From: Tricharina praecox
Taxonomy: Eukaryota
Direction of reading: 5' to 3'
DNA: 64,000 bases
Assembly (NCBI RefSeq): GCF_024521635.1
Contig: NW_026250407.1
Coordinates: 372,001 to 436,000, forward strand
Under the pieces are notes generated by a model. It searched no databases. It saw only the letters and a program-made list of their open reading frames with translations, and was not told where the DNA came from. Numbering within the stretch: position 1 is the stretch's first letter; every line of letters begins with the position of its first letter. Both the position numbers and the translations under genes were made by a program. Shown in pieces: positions 26,039-36,977 of this stretch.

Positions 26039-26401
26039 CGAGTTGGTGGTATCGTACGAGACGTGATGATCACGCCGGGGGGGGGTTCTGTGGCCACACG
26101 ACATGGTGCCGAATACGGTGAGCTTATATCGTCGGTTCGGCATGTAGTGATGTCATGGATCGGCGACGTCAGGGAAGCCGAAACCACGGCAGGGCCAAGG
26201 CACAATCGTTACACATCCTAGCCGCCCAGCCACCCAGTCTTTGACGGACGACTGGCCGACTGGCCGCAGCTGCAAAACACGCTTTTCAAGCCACTTCGCT
26301 TATGCCGTCCAATTGATCGTGATCCAGTTAAACTATTCTATTCACATATATGCTAGGTACTCTACATACAACTCACGAGCACTGCTACCTACCAAGTCAA
26401 G

Positions 26402-28333
26402 CTACATCGAATGAATGTTCGAATCCTTCGTAATCCTCCTCAAATTCTTGCCCCAGATGTACAGCGGGATCGCAAACAGGTATATCACCACTGAGGTTCC
26501 CATGATAGTAGTCATGGGCGCAACATACCCGGAGCTGATGATCCAGTGGGTCAGGAACTCGGCGACTCCATACCCCTACATTCCCACCGAGCACACGTCA
26601 GTCAACGGACGTTCCATCCGCAGCGCTCGCCGCCAGCCGGAGGGAGACATACCCAGAGATTCTTGTTCACAGTGGCCGAAACCAGTATCTCGCCCGCAAC
26701 GGGCTTATACGAATCGATCGAGTAGGTCATGGCGATGGCCGAGATGGCCGAAACCTGGAGGCCGAGAAGCGTGTATCCCACGATCACGATAATCTCCCAC
26801 TTCCACGCATTCTGGTAACCGTATGCGGTCACCAGTGTCCCGACGATGGTGCAGAGAACAAACGGGATCAAGCTCGGAAGCCGCATCTCGGGTTCGCGGA
26901 TGCCGTTGTTTTTGCGCGTGGCCCGCATCGACACCCAGTCGCTGAGCGGGCCGGCGGTTAGCATGCCGATGGTTGCGCCCACGAGCGGCGCGAAGTTCGT
27001 GAGTCCTATGCATCGGTCCAGTCAGTTCAGAGATCAATCAAATGGACGGGTGAGAGCGTACCAACAGCGGTGCTGGACATGTTATACGGCGGGGCGGCAA
27101 ACGCCTGCGACTGCGTAAGATTGACCATGAGGAAGCCGCTCGCGCTCCACGAGAACGCAAACGACGTCCACTCGACAATCGGGAACGAAAACAGCTTGAT
27201 CGGGATCCACAGGGACAACAGCGACTCCTTCTTTGAGGTGCGCCTTATGACCGAGACGAATTGTGATCTGATCGGTGTGCCCTTGCCGAAATATTCGTCG
27301 ACGTGTTCGAGGGCGTGTGGGGGATTCTCCGAGGTGGCGACGGTCGGCTTCTCGGCGTCGGCGTTTGAGGAGTCGGACGGGATCAAGCCACGGTCGTCGC
27401 TGCCCGGGCCCGCGCCAACGAGGTGGCGTCGGTCGTAGTGGGTTTCCGGGTGCAGGAAGAGTTGGAGGACGATCATGACACCGTACAGGACGACGTTGAG
27501 CCACCAGAAGCTCCTCCAGCCATATCGGTCGGTCATGGCCCCGGCAACGATAGGTCCCACCTATACAGGGTGAGCGGATTTAAACGCGGTACTCGGAGGG
27601 ATACACTTACCATCAGCGACCCGAAGTAGCTCCACGTGTAGACGTTCATCCAGAACCCACGCTCGTGGAGGAATTTGATGTCGCTAATCAATACCGGAGG
27701 AAGCGTCTCAGCAGTACCCGCACCCACACCGTGCAGGATGCATGCGCCCAGAAAGGAGCTGTAAGATGTGGCCGTGGCCCTCCAAATGCAAGATCCGAGC
27801 GAGACCGCCGCAGAAGCTATCAGGACCCACCGACGACCGTATGTTGTGGACAGTGGCACCCAGAGGAAATTGCTAAACCCGAGCACAAGGATACTTATAC
27901 CGATCTTGACACAGAATCAGCTTGAGAGGCGGGAGACAACACGGGAAGAAAGAGGCCCTACAAATCGTAGGATCTCAGGTGGACTCCTGTTCCATTCCGC
28001 CATGTACTGGGGAACCTGCGGCGCGATCGCCAAAGGCCCGAATGCTTGAAGGAACGATGTCATGATCATGCTCGACATCACGATGCCCTTCCACAACGGA
28101 CTCCAATTGAGCGGATCTTCTGGATTGTTGGAGGGCTGGGGCACAAGGACTCCATCACTCTTGCTCTCGACGAGGTGGATTCCGGCCACTACATTATTGC
28201 AGCATCAGCTCTGCCAAGTCCCCCGAACAGGCCCGTGGGCATAGATACCTTGCGCCATAATCTCGGTCCCCGGTATGATGTCGACATGGAGGGCGTTCTC
28301 AACCTCGCGGACGATTTCTGGGTCATTCTCCAT
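26402..28333 (-). CDS. MFS transporter (HOL1-like / DHA1 group), multi-exon
   Basis: LVPQPSNNPEDPLNWS, PLSTTYGRRWV, FLHERG, GWRSFWW, PETHYDR, NNGIREPEMRL, YSIDSYKP; start MENDPEIV at 28333, stop TAG 26402-26404. Confidence 0.9.
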
Positions 28334-29429
28334 TCTGATTATTGACTTATCCAGTGACCAGCATAAAAAGGAGCGAGAATTGAATATAAATGGATCCGCG
28401 AAAGATCTTCCCCGCCCCTAGAATTTACTTCGGCTATAGCGTAAGGTGGGGTACATGAAGGTGGACTAAAGCATGGAGGTCACGGAGGCGAGATGGAGGA
28501 CGAATTGCTGTTCGTTCTCTATGGCATGCGGGCGGAATTCCCATGTACCCAGGGACCATACATACTCGTACTCGCACACGAAACCGGCGGGCTGGGAATT
28601 GTCTGACAACTGCCTACATAATATCTCGCTTCCAACGAGCGTGCTTAGTACCAGATGAGTAACTGCGGTGTTGTTCGTCGCCGGGAGTGGTCTCGGGGGC
28701 CCATACTCCACTACTAGTACATAGGACCGTCGGTCCCACCGGCTTGTTCCTTGTGGGGCTGTGGCTGTTGGAAAGTGATCCCATATTGATCACCGCCCGC
28801 TCTAGAATTACCCTGGATTTCAAAGCTGGCCCATACAATGTGACATGCATATATCTGCTATCTAGTAACCGTGCTCTAGACAAACCTCCGCTGCTTTGAA
28901 CCTGGTATGTAACTGGAACGTACCGCAGGTGTCTCTCAATAGCGTCCCAACGCAAGGAGTGTGCGATGACCATGATTCAAACAAATCCCAGTTCCGCCAT
29001 CTCGGACTTTTACATAAGAGGACATACACATAATCGGCAATAGCAACCAGGTGAACCGTGAATCCTCAGCACGCTCGTTGACAAGTACATACCAAATATA
29101 AGAGTCATCTAGGGCGGGACATTCCCCACCCAACCCAGTGCCCACCCCTCCGGTAACTAGGTTAGAGATAAGGTGCATAAAAACGCGCCAAAACTCTCGC
29201 TTACGGTTTGCGGGGTACGGGTAGTATCCGCTTTGGGTTGTGCATGGTGCACCAACCGATCTGGCGCGTACTCTATGTATCATATGAGGTATGTGTGAGG
29301 TGTGTATGCCAATCATCTGCCGGGTATGCCTTCCAGTGCGTTTTAGTATCATACTTGGGATTTTACAAATTTTGATGCTCCGCGTGTTTAGGCAGGGGAG
29401 GGGGGAGAGGAGGGCGACGTTGGCTTGGG

Positions 29430-31549
29430 TGGCTGGAACTTGGAAGCTTGAAAGATCTCGTGAGCACGGGCAATTCCGGTTTTTACGCTCGCAATCGAGC
29501 GGCGAGCAACGAGACGACCGAACGACCGACCGACTGGCTGGATCGCAGGAGCTGGACTTCTTGGCCGTCCACGCGTACTCCAAGAACCGGCAGTGCTCCC
29601 AATAGTCCAGTCCAGTTCGGCTGATAAAATTGAAGGGTGGTGTGTGGTCAGTCCGTCCAACATTTTGCCGCCACGGACTGCCACGGACTGTCACTTTCTG
29701 AAAATTTAGGGTCGAACTATGTGGCTAGGTAGCCGATTAGAATCCCACAGAACTCTGGGGGCCGAACCATGTGGCTGGCCGATTTGAACCCCACTGAATC
29801 CTTCACATAGGTAGAAGCAACATCACCGCAACTCCTTCAACCCTTCACAATCCATCCTTCCATCAAAAATTCAGGTTTCGTACACAGTTGTGGAAAATGA
29901 AATCCTTGGTGCCGGCCACCGAAGGCTTTAACGTTCCGGATGTGTTTCAAGCAAAGAAGCCGGGTCTGAAGGGACGTTCAACTCGTCATATATGGCTGCT
30001 GGAAGATGGAATGGCATACCACACCGAAGGTATTACACGATGGAGATGTCAGACTCTGGAAAAATGTTCTTCACCAATTTCCAACATTTTCCATTCAAAG
30101 TACCTACCAGTCCATGCGGTCGACTGCCGTCCGTCCAGTCCTAGTTACCAGCCGCGCAGAAGGCCACCCAGTTCAGTCCAGTCCAAGCCTCAAGATGGAC
30201 TGGACTGGACTGGACTTTCGGAGGCACTGGACCTGGACCGGTAGTAAAAACCGAAGATCTAGGTAGGTACCCTCGGCAACGAAGTTTCAATCTTTAGTGA
30301 CGGCAACCCCCTTACGAACCGAACAGAACGGCATCGTCTCAGACCGCCGCCGCTGCCGGAACATGGCTTACAAAGGATTCGCGCGTGTGTAGGAACTCGG
30401 AGATTTGGGCTCTCGCACTGCATAGCTGTACATAGGTACCTCGTCCGTGGTGCTCGCAGTTGCTTGCACTGCTTTGGTCGCTGCGGTGCTCCATGTAAGG
30501 TAGATACGGGATGAAGCCACCCCAACCGAACTGAACCCGCGGCATGATCAGAAAATCCGGCATACAATCAGAAGGATCAATTCGGATACCTAGTCGTCAA
30601 GGGTGGAAGTGAGCATGAAAACGAGTGCTAGCTGGCTGAATTGCTAGTGAGTATTTCGATTGATTCTGCGTGTTGTCTATTTAGTTTGACACATTGACTC
30701 TGAGTCCAGCGCTATTCATATTCAAGAAATCGGGTTACCGAGTGATACACTATGCAGGTGTGTAGGTGTTGGAGTCGCTAGCTTGCTTTCACGCTTTACT
30801 TCACCACTTGGTTGACCACTCCAATTCTCAACCATTTACAACTCCTACTCCGCTTCATCATCCACCACTCCTACTCCTTTTCACCACGCCAAAGCGCGAG
30901 CTCACCACACTCTTCGTCATCTTCCCACCACCTTCACACAAGTTCAAACACACCAACCTCCGAAAAGGTAAGCCAACCACTCCCAGCACCACCACTGCGC
31001 CTCACCCACTCACAGAGCCCAGCGAAAGAAATGTCAGCCAACATCCATAAGCGCCGCTTCTCCCTCATCTCCTCCGACGAAGCCACCATCGCTCCATCCA
31101 ACAAAACCCTCAAGCGCGGCGCCGGCAGTGTCAAGCGACACTTTTTCAACCACAAGAACAAGTACGCACCCTTCGTCTCCGAGTTCGAGGGACTCGAGTC
31201 CCAGGGAGTATTACTAAATACTACTACCTATTACCATTGAGCGTATCCTATGATTTTACCTCGATCTGTGCTGTCGTGTGACGAATTGTTCACATAGAGC
31301 TGTATTGTATGCTGTGATCTCAAGAGTAGCTCGGCCTGATATCGATCCGGTTCCCGATCGCAATGTAGAGTGTGATTTTGTCTTTTCCCTGTGCCGTCCG
31401 AAAGCCCGACATGGAATCTAAAATTAGGCAATGGCTTCCTCGCCTTCAAGAATAGTAGGTATTATGATTCGTTTTGAAGTAGCCATTGTTCCCCCACCTA
31501 CGAATGACTGAGTGCGTCCGAGTGGATATAGTGAGCTCGAAGGCCCTGC
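29430..31549 (+). repeat. Right arm of the large inverted repeat (partner 17138-~18850)
   Basis: Matches the reverse complement of the left arm; contains extra insertions (~29840-29950, ~30040-30300) and a ~55-bp local tandem duplication near 29705-29795. Confidence 0.95.
31031..31240 (+). CDS. Small unknown protein, copy 2 (MSANIHKRRF...)
   Basis: Candidate 5' UTR intron 30968-31015 (GTAAGC..CTCAC..CAG); ATG 31031; identical to copy 1; a possible second intron 31162-31297 would extend the ORF to 31421. Confidence 0.5.
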   Translation: MSANIHKRRFSLISSDEATIAPSNKTLKRGAGSVKRHFFNHKNKYAPFVSEFEGLESQGVLLNTTTYYH

Positions 31550-31861
31550 ACCGCGCGAGTGCAACAGTACCGGTGTGTGCCCGAGGACTTGCATACGCAC
31601 GCTCATGCTGAGGCCGTGAGAGCAGCTCGAGGTTTGCGGTGCCCTTGCTGAATTCCAACTTCTATGTGATACCTATTGCAATCTGCAGGCGCTAACTACT
31701 CTACTCCACTCTACACAGACAAACAGAACGGAGCAGCTTTCGGTCTGCCTACTACCTATGATATATCGAGTAAACACCGCCATCAATCAATCGGAATAAA
31801 CTAGAAATATGTATGTACAGATGTATCTAAGTAACCACATAGTTCCATCCACTCAGCTTCT

Positions 31862-32707
31862 CTAGTTACCCGGGACGTACAAATATTCCGAGGCGATCTC
31901 GGAGACCCAGCGCACCAGCAATCCAACAGCATAAGCAAAAGCCCAAATCTGCATCACCACAACAGCAGTAACAATCCATGAGCGAGCTGTCGCCCTCGGC
32001 GCCGCCGAAACGAACCCTCCAAAACCCTGGTTCTTATCCGGCGCCGAGCCCGAGGCCTGTTTAAACGTCAGGTGCAGGAGCGGTGTGCCACCTTCGCATT
32101 CGGGAACAACGTTCTCGGGGAACCTGCCCTGGATGTTGCCTTTACAACCCATTAGCCTCTCGCGAATTCACATCCTCCCTCTTTCTGGGGGTATACCCTT
32201 CGGAGAGTACTCGCAAACAAGCTCGTACGGGAGCTCCGCGCTAAATCCCCGGGCAGCCCATACGGCCGTGCAGTGTGTCAGCGCGCATCCGACACGGGAA
32301 GTGTTTCTCCAGACGATGGCGGAGAAGCGGCCCGTCTCCTTGGCCCACTGCGGGTTGCTCCAGTCGTAGAGCCGCCGCTCGTCGTACATCCGATTGAGCG
32401 CATCTGTGGCAGACAGGCCCCACCCGATGTTCTCGCCCATTCCGGGCGGAGATGAGTGCGGCTGAGGACATGTCGAGCTGTACTCCTGCGCTACGGACGC
32501 GAGATGGGCGTCCCAGGATACGGGTGCTGCGGAGTGCACGGCGCGGATTTGGTTGTGCACGGTTAGGCACTCGCGGATGAAGGATGGGTCGGTGGAGGTG
32601 GTGATGGAGGGGTCGGCGATGGAGTACACAAAGCCCGACAGGAGGAGGAGGAACAGCAGCAGGGCTGCTGGTTGAGACCTCATGTTTTCCCGGTTCAAAA
32701 TGGTCAT
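31862..32707 (-). CDS. CAP/SCP/PR-1 family secreted protein with hydrophobic C-terminal tail, copy A (2 exons)
   Basis: HNQIRAVH, WDAHLASVAQ, GENIG, GRFSAIVWRNTSRVGCA, VCEYSPKGNI; signal-like N-terminus; C-terminal hydrophobic segment. Confidence 0.9.
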
Positions 32708-34575
32708 GTTGACAGCTGGGTCTATACTCTGTGTATGGAATTAGCTTGTGAAGGATGGTCCAGGAAGCTGTGTATGGAGCAGATGGATCATATACTGAGC
32801 TGAGAAAGGTATGTTTTATACTTGTTGTACCGAAAGGTTCCTACAAAAGCCCGGTGGATGTGGGAAATTGAAAAGCTGGAATATCCTTCTAGTATGACAA
32901 GCAGAGTCGATGAAGGAGGTTGTGATCACATCTCAACTACTCACACGGCCGGAAGTTTAGGGCTCCCACCCCTCGCCCTGTGAATAATTGCTGATGAACG
33001 AGGTTTCCTCAGTGTCGTCACATAGGATAACTGTTCATCCTCAGACACAGATCCAATCTCAGATAATAACCTGCAGAAGGGTGGAGACGGGGGGGCCCCT
33101 GGATTTCCGGCCGTGTGAGTAGAATCATGCCAGTGTCTACCTACGTGGTTCATGAGCGTAAACGGCGGGCCATCCGAGGTTGGCGAGTGATACACTATGC
33201 AGCAAGGATGGACATTCGCCAAACGCTCGCCTGGCTGGTTCCAGTGGGTACCATTTGCTAACATGCTTACATAGAGTACATAATCTTATCAAAGTATCCC
33301 GACGCCGCCGATACGGTCCCATCATCTTGTCCTCGGAGTTAGCTGAGGTCTCGGCGGTGGGCTGTGGGCGGTGAGCGGGCTCATTGTCCGCACGTTATAC
33401 TGGCCGGCTGGCTGGTAACGGTCCATCCTTGAGGCTTCTCAAGACAGAAAACGACATCGCCCCCGGCAGCAGTATCATACCGAGTCCGCTCTATATATGC
33501 ATTGGGGGCCGTGGTGGCTCGGCAGCATGCGTAGCAAGATCCCCGTCGGAAAACGTACATATGTGCTGATGTATTCTCGTTCTCGGTCGATGGCCGGGAC
33601 CCGTAATCTTACGCAGTAACTTGGGAATGGATGATTTGGCGAGATTTGTAACGCACTTGTGGCAAGGCGGTGGAGGAGCTGTCGGCGAGAGGAGGAAGTG
33701 AAGGAGGACTCCTGTCGGCGGGAGAAACCGAATGTGGTTAGTAGTGGGCAATGGGCATAAACGTTGGTAGGCCTCAACTTTGGCGGCCATGGCGGGGTCG
33801 ACCAATTGAGTCCGGCAGGTTTTTCTTCTTTTTCTTCTTTCTTCATCATCCTCTACAGAATAGACGATCAACCTCTATCTCCTCTTTCTTCTGTGTGTGC
33901 TCTCCTCTCGATCCCGCCTCCGGCCTGCCAGAGGGGTGTTGAAAAAAGAGCCATCTGCAAAACCCTGCTCGTGCGTTCTCCTGCGTTCATGTCCTTTACC
34001 TTTGCTGTCGTCCAGTATTGTGGCCCGTATGGCGGACAAGTCGCACGAATTAGTAGGTACCCTTCAGCAACACAGGTCCATCGAAGCTAATGTTTGCTAC
34101 AGTAGTGGAGATGCCGGCCGGCCAGCCTTGAGCTGTACTCTTCGATGTACTGCCAAAGACCTACGACTCGGGATGCCCCACATGAGCGGAGGAGGAACGA
34201 AAATACTCGTAAACACGTGATGTTACTCGTCCCATCCCAAACACTCCAGCCGTTTTGCATGACGTATCACTCGCCAACCGATGGCCCCCGTTTACGCTCA
34301 TGATCCACGCAGATGGCTTAATTTTGACAGTCGAGATGCGACCACGACACTCGCGGCCTTCTCGGTCGACTCCGCCTGTCATAGAAAGATGTTCAACATG
34401 TTCAATTCTCCGTAGCCACCCGCCTTTTGTATGTACATAGGAACCTTCCCGCGCAACAAGCATAAAACGAACAGCGCAGTCCAGCCAAAGCCTGCTCTTG
34501 CTTCCTACACAGCTTCCTAAATCATCATTCACCAGCTAATTCCATACACCGAACACAGATCAGTTAGCTATCAAC

Positions 34576-35346
34576 ATGACCAATAACCAGCATAACACGA
34601 AATACCAACCAGCAGCCATGCTGCTCCTCCTCCTCCTGCCGGGTGTCGTCCACTCCACCTCCTCCACCGACCCAGCATTCATCAAAGAATGCCTAGACAT
34701 GCACAACAAGATCCGCGCCGCACACTCAGCGCCCCCTCTAACGTGGGACGCCCGACTCGCAGACGTAGCGCAACGTTACAGCGCAACGTGTCCGACGGGC
34801 CACTCGATGACGCCGGGGCTAGGCGAGAACCTCGCGGGTGGGTACGCGACAGCGACCGAGGCGCTGCAGGCAATGTGGGACGAGCGACAACTCTACAACT
34901 GGAATGACCCCAAGTTCTCGAAGGAGGCGGGCCACTTCACCGCCATCGTCTGGCGCGATACCACACACGTCGGTTGCGGAATGACAGATTGCTCCCATAT
35001 TGGGGATGGGAACGGGAACCACTTTGGGAACTCGTTCGTTTGCGAGTATACTCTGCATGGTAAACCCCCCTTCCCCCCCTTTCACCCCCCCTCTGAGACC
35101 TAACTAACTAACAGGATCATGGCAGGCAACGTCGAGGGCCTATTCCCGCAGAACGTTATTCCCGAAGGCGGCAAACCGCCCCCGAAGTCCGATCAGGGCC
35201 CGCCGGGCTCGCCTCCAGATAACAACAATCTAAATTCCGGCGAAGTCTCGGGGGCGCCGGCGGCGGCGACCGCTCGTCCGTGGGGTGTTGTTGCTGTCAC
35301 TGTGATGCTGCTGGTGTGGGGCTTTGCGGGCGTGTTGAGACGCTGA
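34576..35346 (+). CDS. CAP/SCP/PR-1 family secreted protein with hydrophobic C-terminal tail, copy B (2 exons)
   Basis: HNKIRAAH, WDARLADVAQ, GENLA, GHFTAIVWRDTTHVGCG, VCEYTLHGNV; intron at the same position as in copy A. Confidence 0.9.
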
Positions 35347-35941
35347 TGTAGTTACCCACTACATACTTTGTACATACCTTGGGCATCTGGCATCGTCATT
35401 TTTGTACATACATAGGCACATAGATCACTCGATTGAGTGGATGGAACTACTTGATTAGGTACATCTGTGCATACATATTCTACATAGTTTATTTTGATTG
35501 ATGGCGGTGTTTACTCTGTATATCATGCCATAGTAGGCAGGCCGAAAGCTGTTCAGATCTGTTCGTCTGGAGCAGGGTCTGAGATTGTAGTAGTTGGCGC
35601 CTACAATAGGAAGTGTAGGAAGTATATACCCGCTGGAACTACTAGTAGCCAGGCGAGCGTTTAACGAGAGCCCGCTTGTCATTTAATCGTTCTTTGGCCC
35701 CTACTATTTATCTTTACATAGTTGTTTATTGACTCTGATTCTCTCCCTCTCTCTCTCCCTCTCTCATCACCATTCTCCACGCAAAGCCATAGGCCCATAG
35801 GTAATAATAATACTACATTCTTAATCATTCATATATACACATCGCACACATCAGACATGTCTCTCGTAACCAACCAACCGCCCAAGTACCAACATACATA
35901 CACACACAGGTACCTAATCCCTATGATGATGCTCACCCCGC

Positions 35942-36977
35942 TTATTCTTGAGCTTCATGATCTCGACGAGCTTGGCATTGACGCGCTCCCACTTTCCCCA
36001 CGAAAGGTAGTGCGCACCTCCAGGCACAATCTCGAACGACCCCAGCAGGTCGTTCGCCTCCAGGACCGCCCTGGTGCCGTTCGCGTGCACGTCGACCGTG
36101 TAGATCTCGTCCAGTTCGCCCTGCCACTATGTTAGGCGCTGCGTCGGGGTGTGTGGGGGAGCGAGGGGCGGGAGCGGAACTTACGTGCATAACATCGATC
36201 TTGACGTCGAGCTCTCCAACGCGAGGGACGATATCGTCTCTCTCGAGCAGCTGATTCGTGACCTTTACCATGCGGGCCTCATTCTCGGGGGAGCCTCCGT
36301 AGCGTTCCTTCCACGTCGCGATCCAGTGGTTGCCAGCATCGATCTCGCGCTGCGTTGCGTCCGGCGAGTTGATGTCGACGCCGAAGCCTGCCTTGTTCAC
36401 GAGTGCGAGGTTCTCTTCGATGTACGGGAAGTCCGTGGTTAGGTAGGTGATCGACGCTTTGCTCTCCGCTGTCTCGACCAGGATCGAAGACCCCGCGTAG
36501 ACGATCCGGTTCACGAGGCGCGGGCGCTGCAGTGCGAGCCGCGTCGCGATGAAGCCGCCCTGGGAGGTGCCGCAGAAGGTCGCTTTGGGGATGTCGAAGT
36601 GGTCCTGGTGGATTCGTTAGTTTTCCGGTTAATCGTATGGGGGAGGGTGTTTTTACAAGAAGCAGGCCAACGTCCGTAGCGGTGTCCCAGTAGGTGAACT
36701 CGTCTCTTCCGGTGGTATTTCCATGTCCGTGGATATCAACGGCAATCATGTTCCATTTCTGGTCCGCAAGCTGGGGATCCGTGAATTGCGGCTCAAAGAA
36801 GGAGCTGTCGGTGATGAACGGGTGCAGGAGGACCAAGGTCGGCAGGTCCGACTTTGGCACCGCCGGCGCCGACCGGTAGCCCAGTTGGACACCGTTGGTG
36901 AGAGAGAGGAGCTGGAGGACTGGGAGCTGCATCTTTCCAGTGGATGCGGATGAGGTGGTGGTGGTAGTGGAAGGCAT
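35942..36977 (-). CDS. Alpha/beta-fold hydrolase (3 exons)
   Basis: PTLVLLHPF, IAVDIHGHGNT, nucleophile elbow GTSQGG, C-terminal GGAHYLSW; two short introns. Confidence 0.85.

Noticed and set aside
31245..31345. Box C/D snoRNA-like segment (ATGATT ... CTGA) in the IR core
   Set aside because: C box is non-canonical and I could not identify an rRNA-complementary guide
17138..31549. Whole IR-bounded block as a giant TIR transposon or Starship-like element
   Set aside because: No TSD, no transposase or tyrosine recombinase visible, and the outer tips are less conserved than the arm cores, the opposite of what TIRs show
17138..31549. Mating-type locus
   Set aside because: No HMG-box or alpha-box ORF and no APN2/SLA2 neighbours recognised
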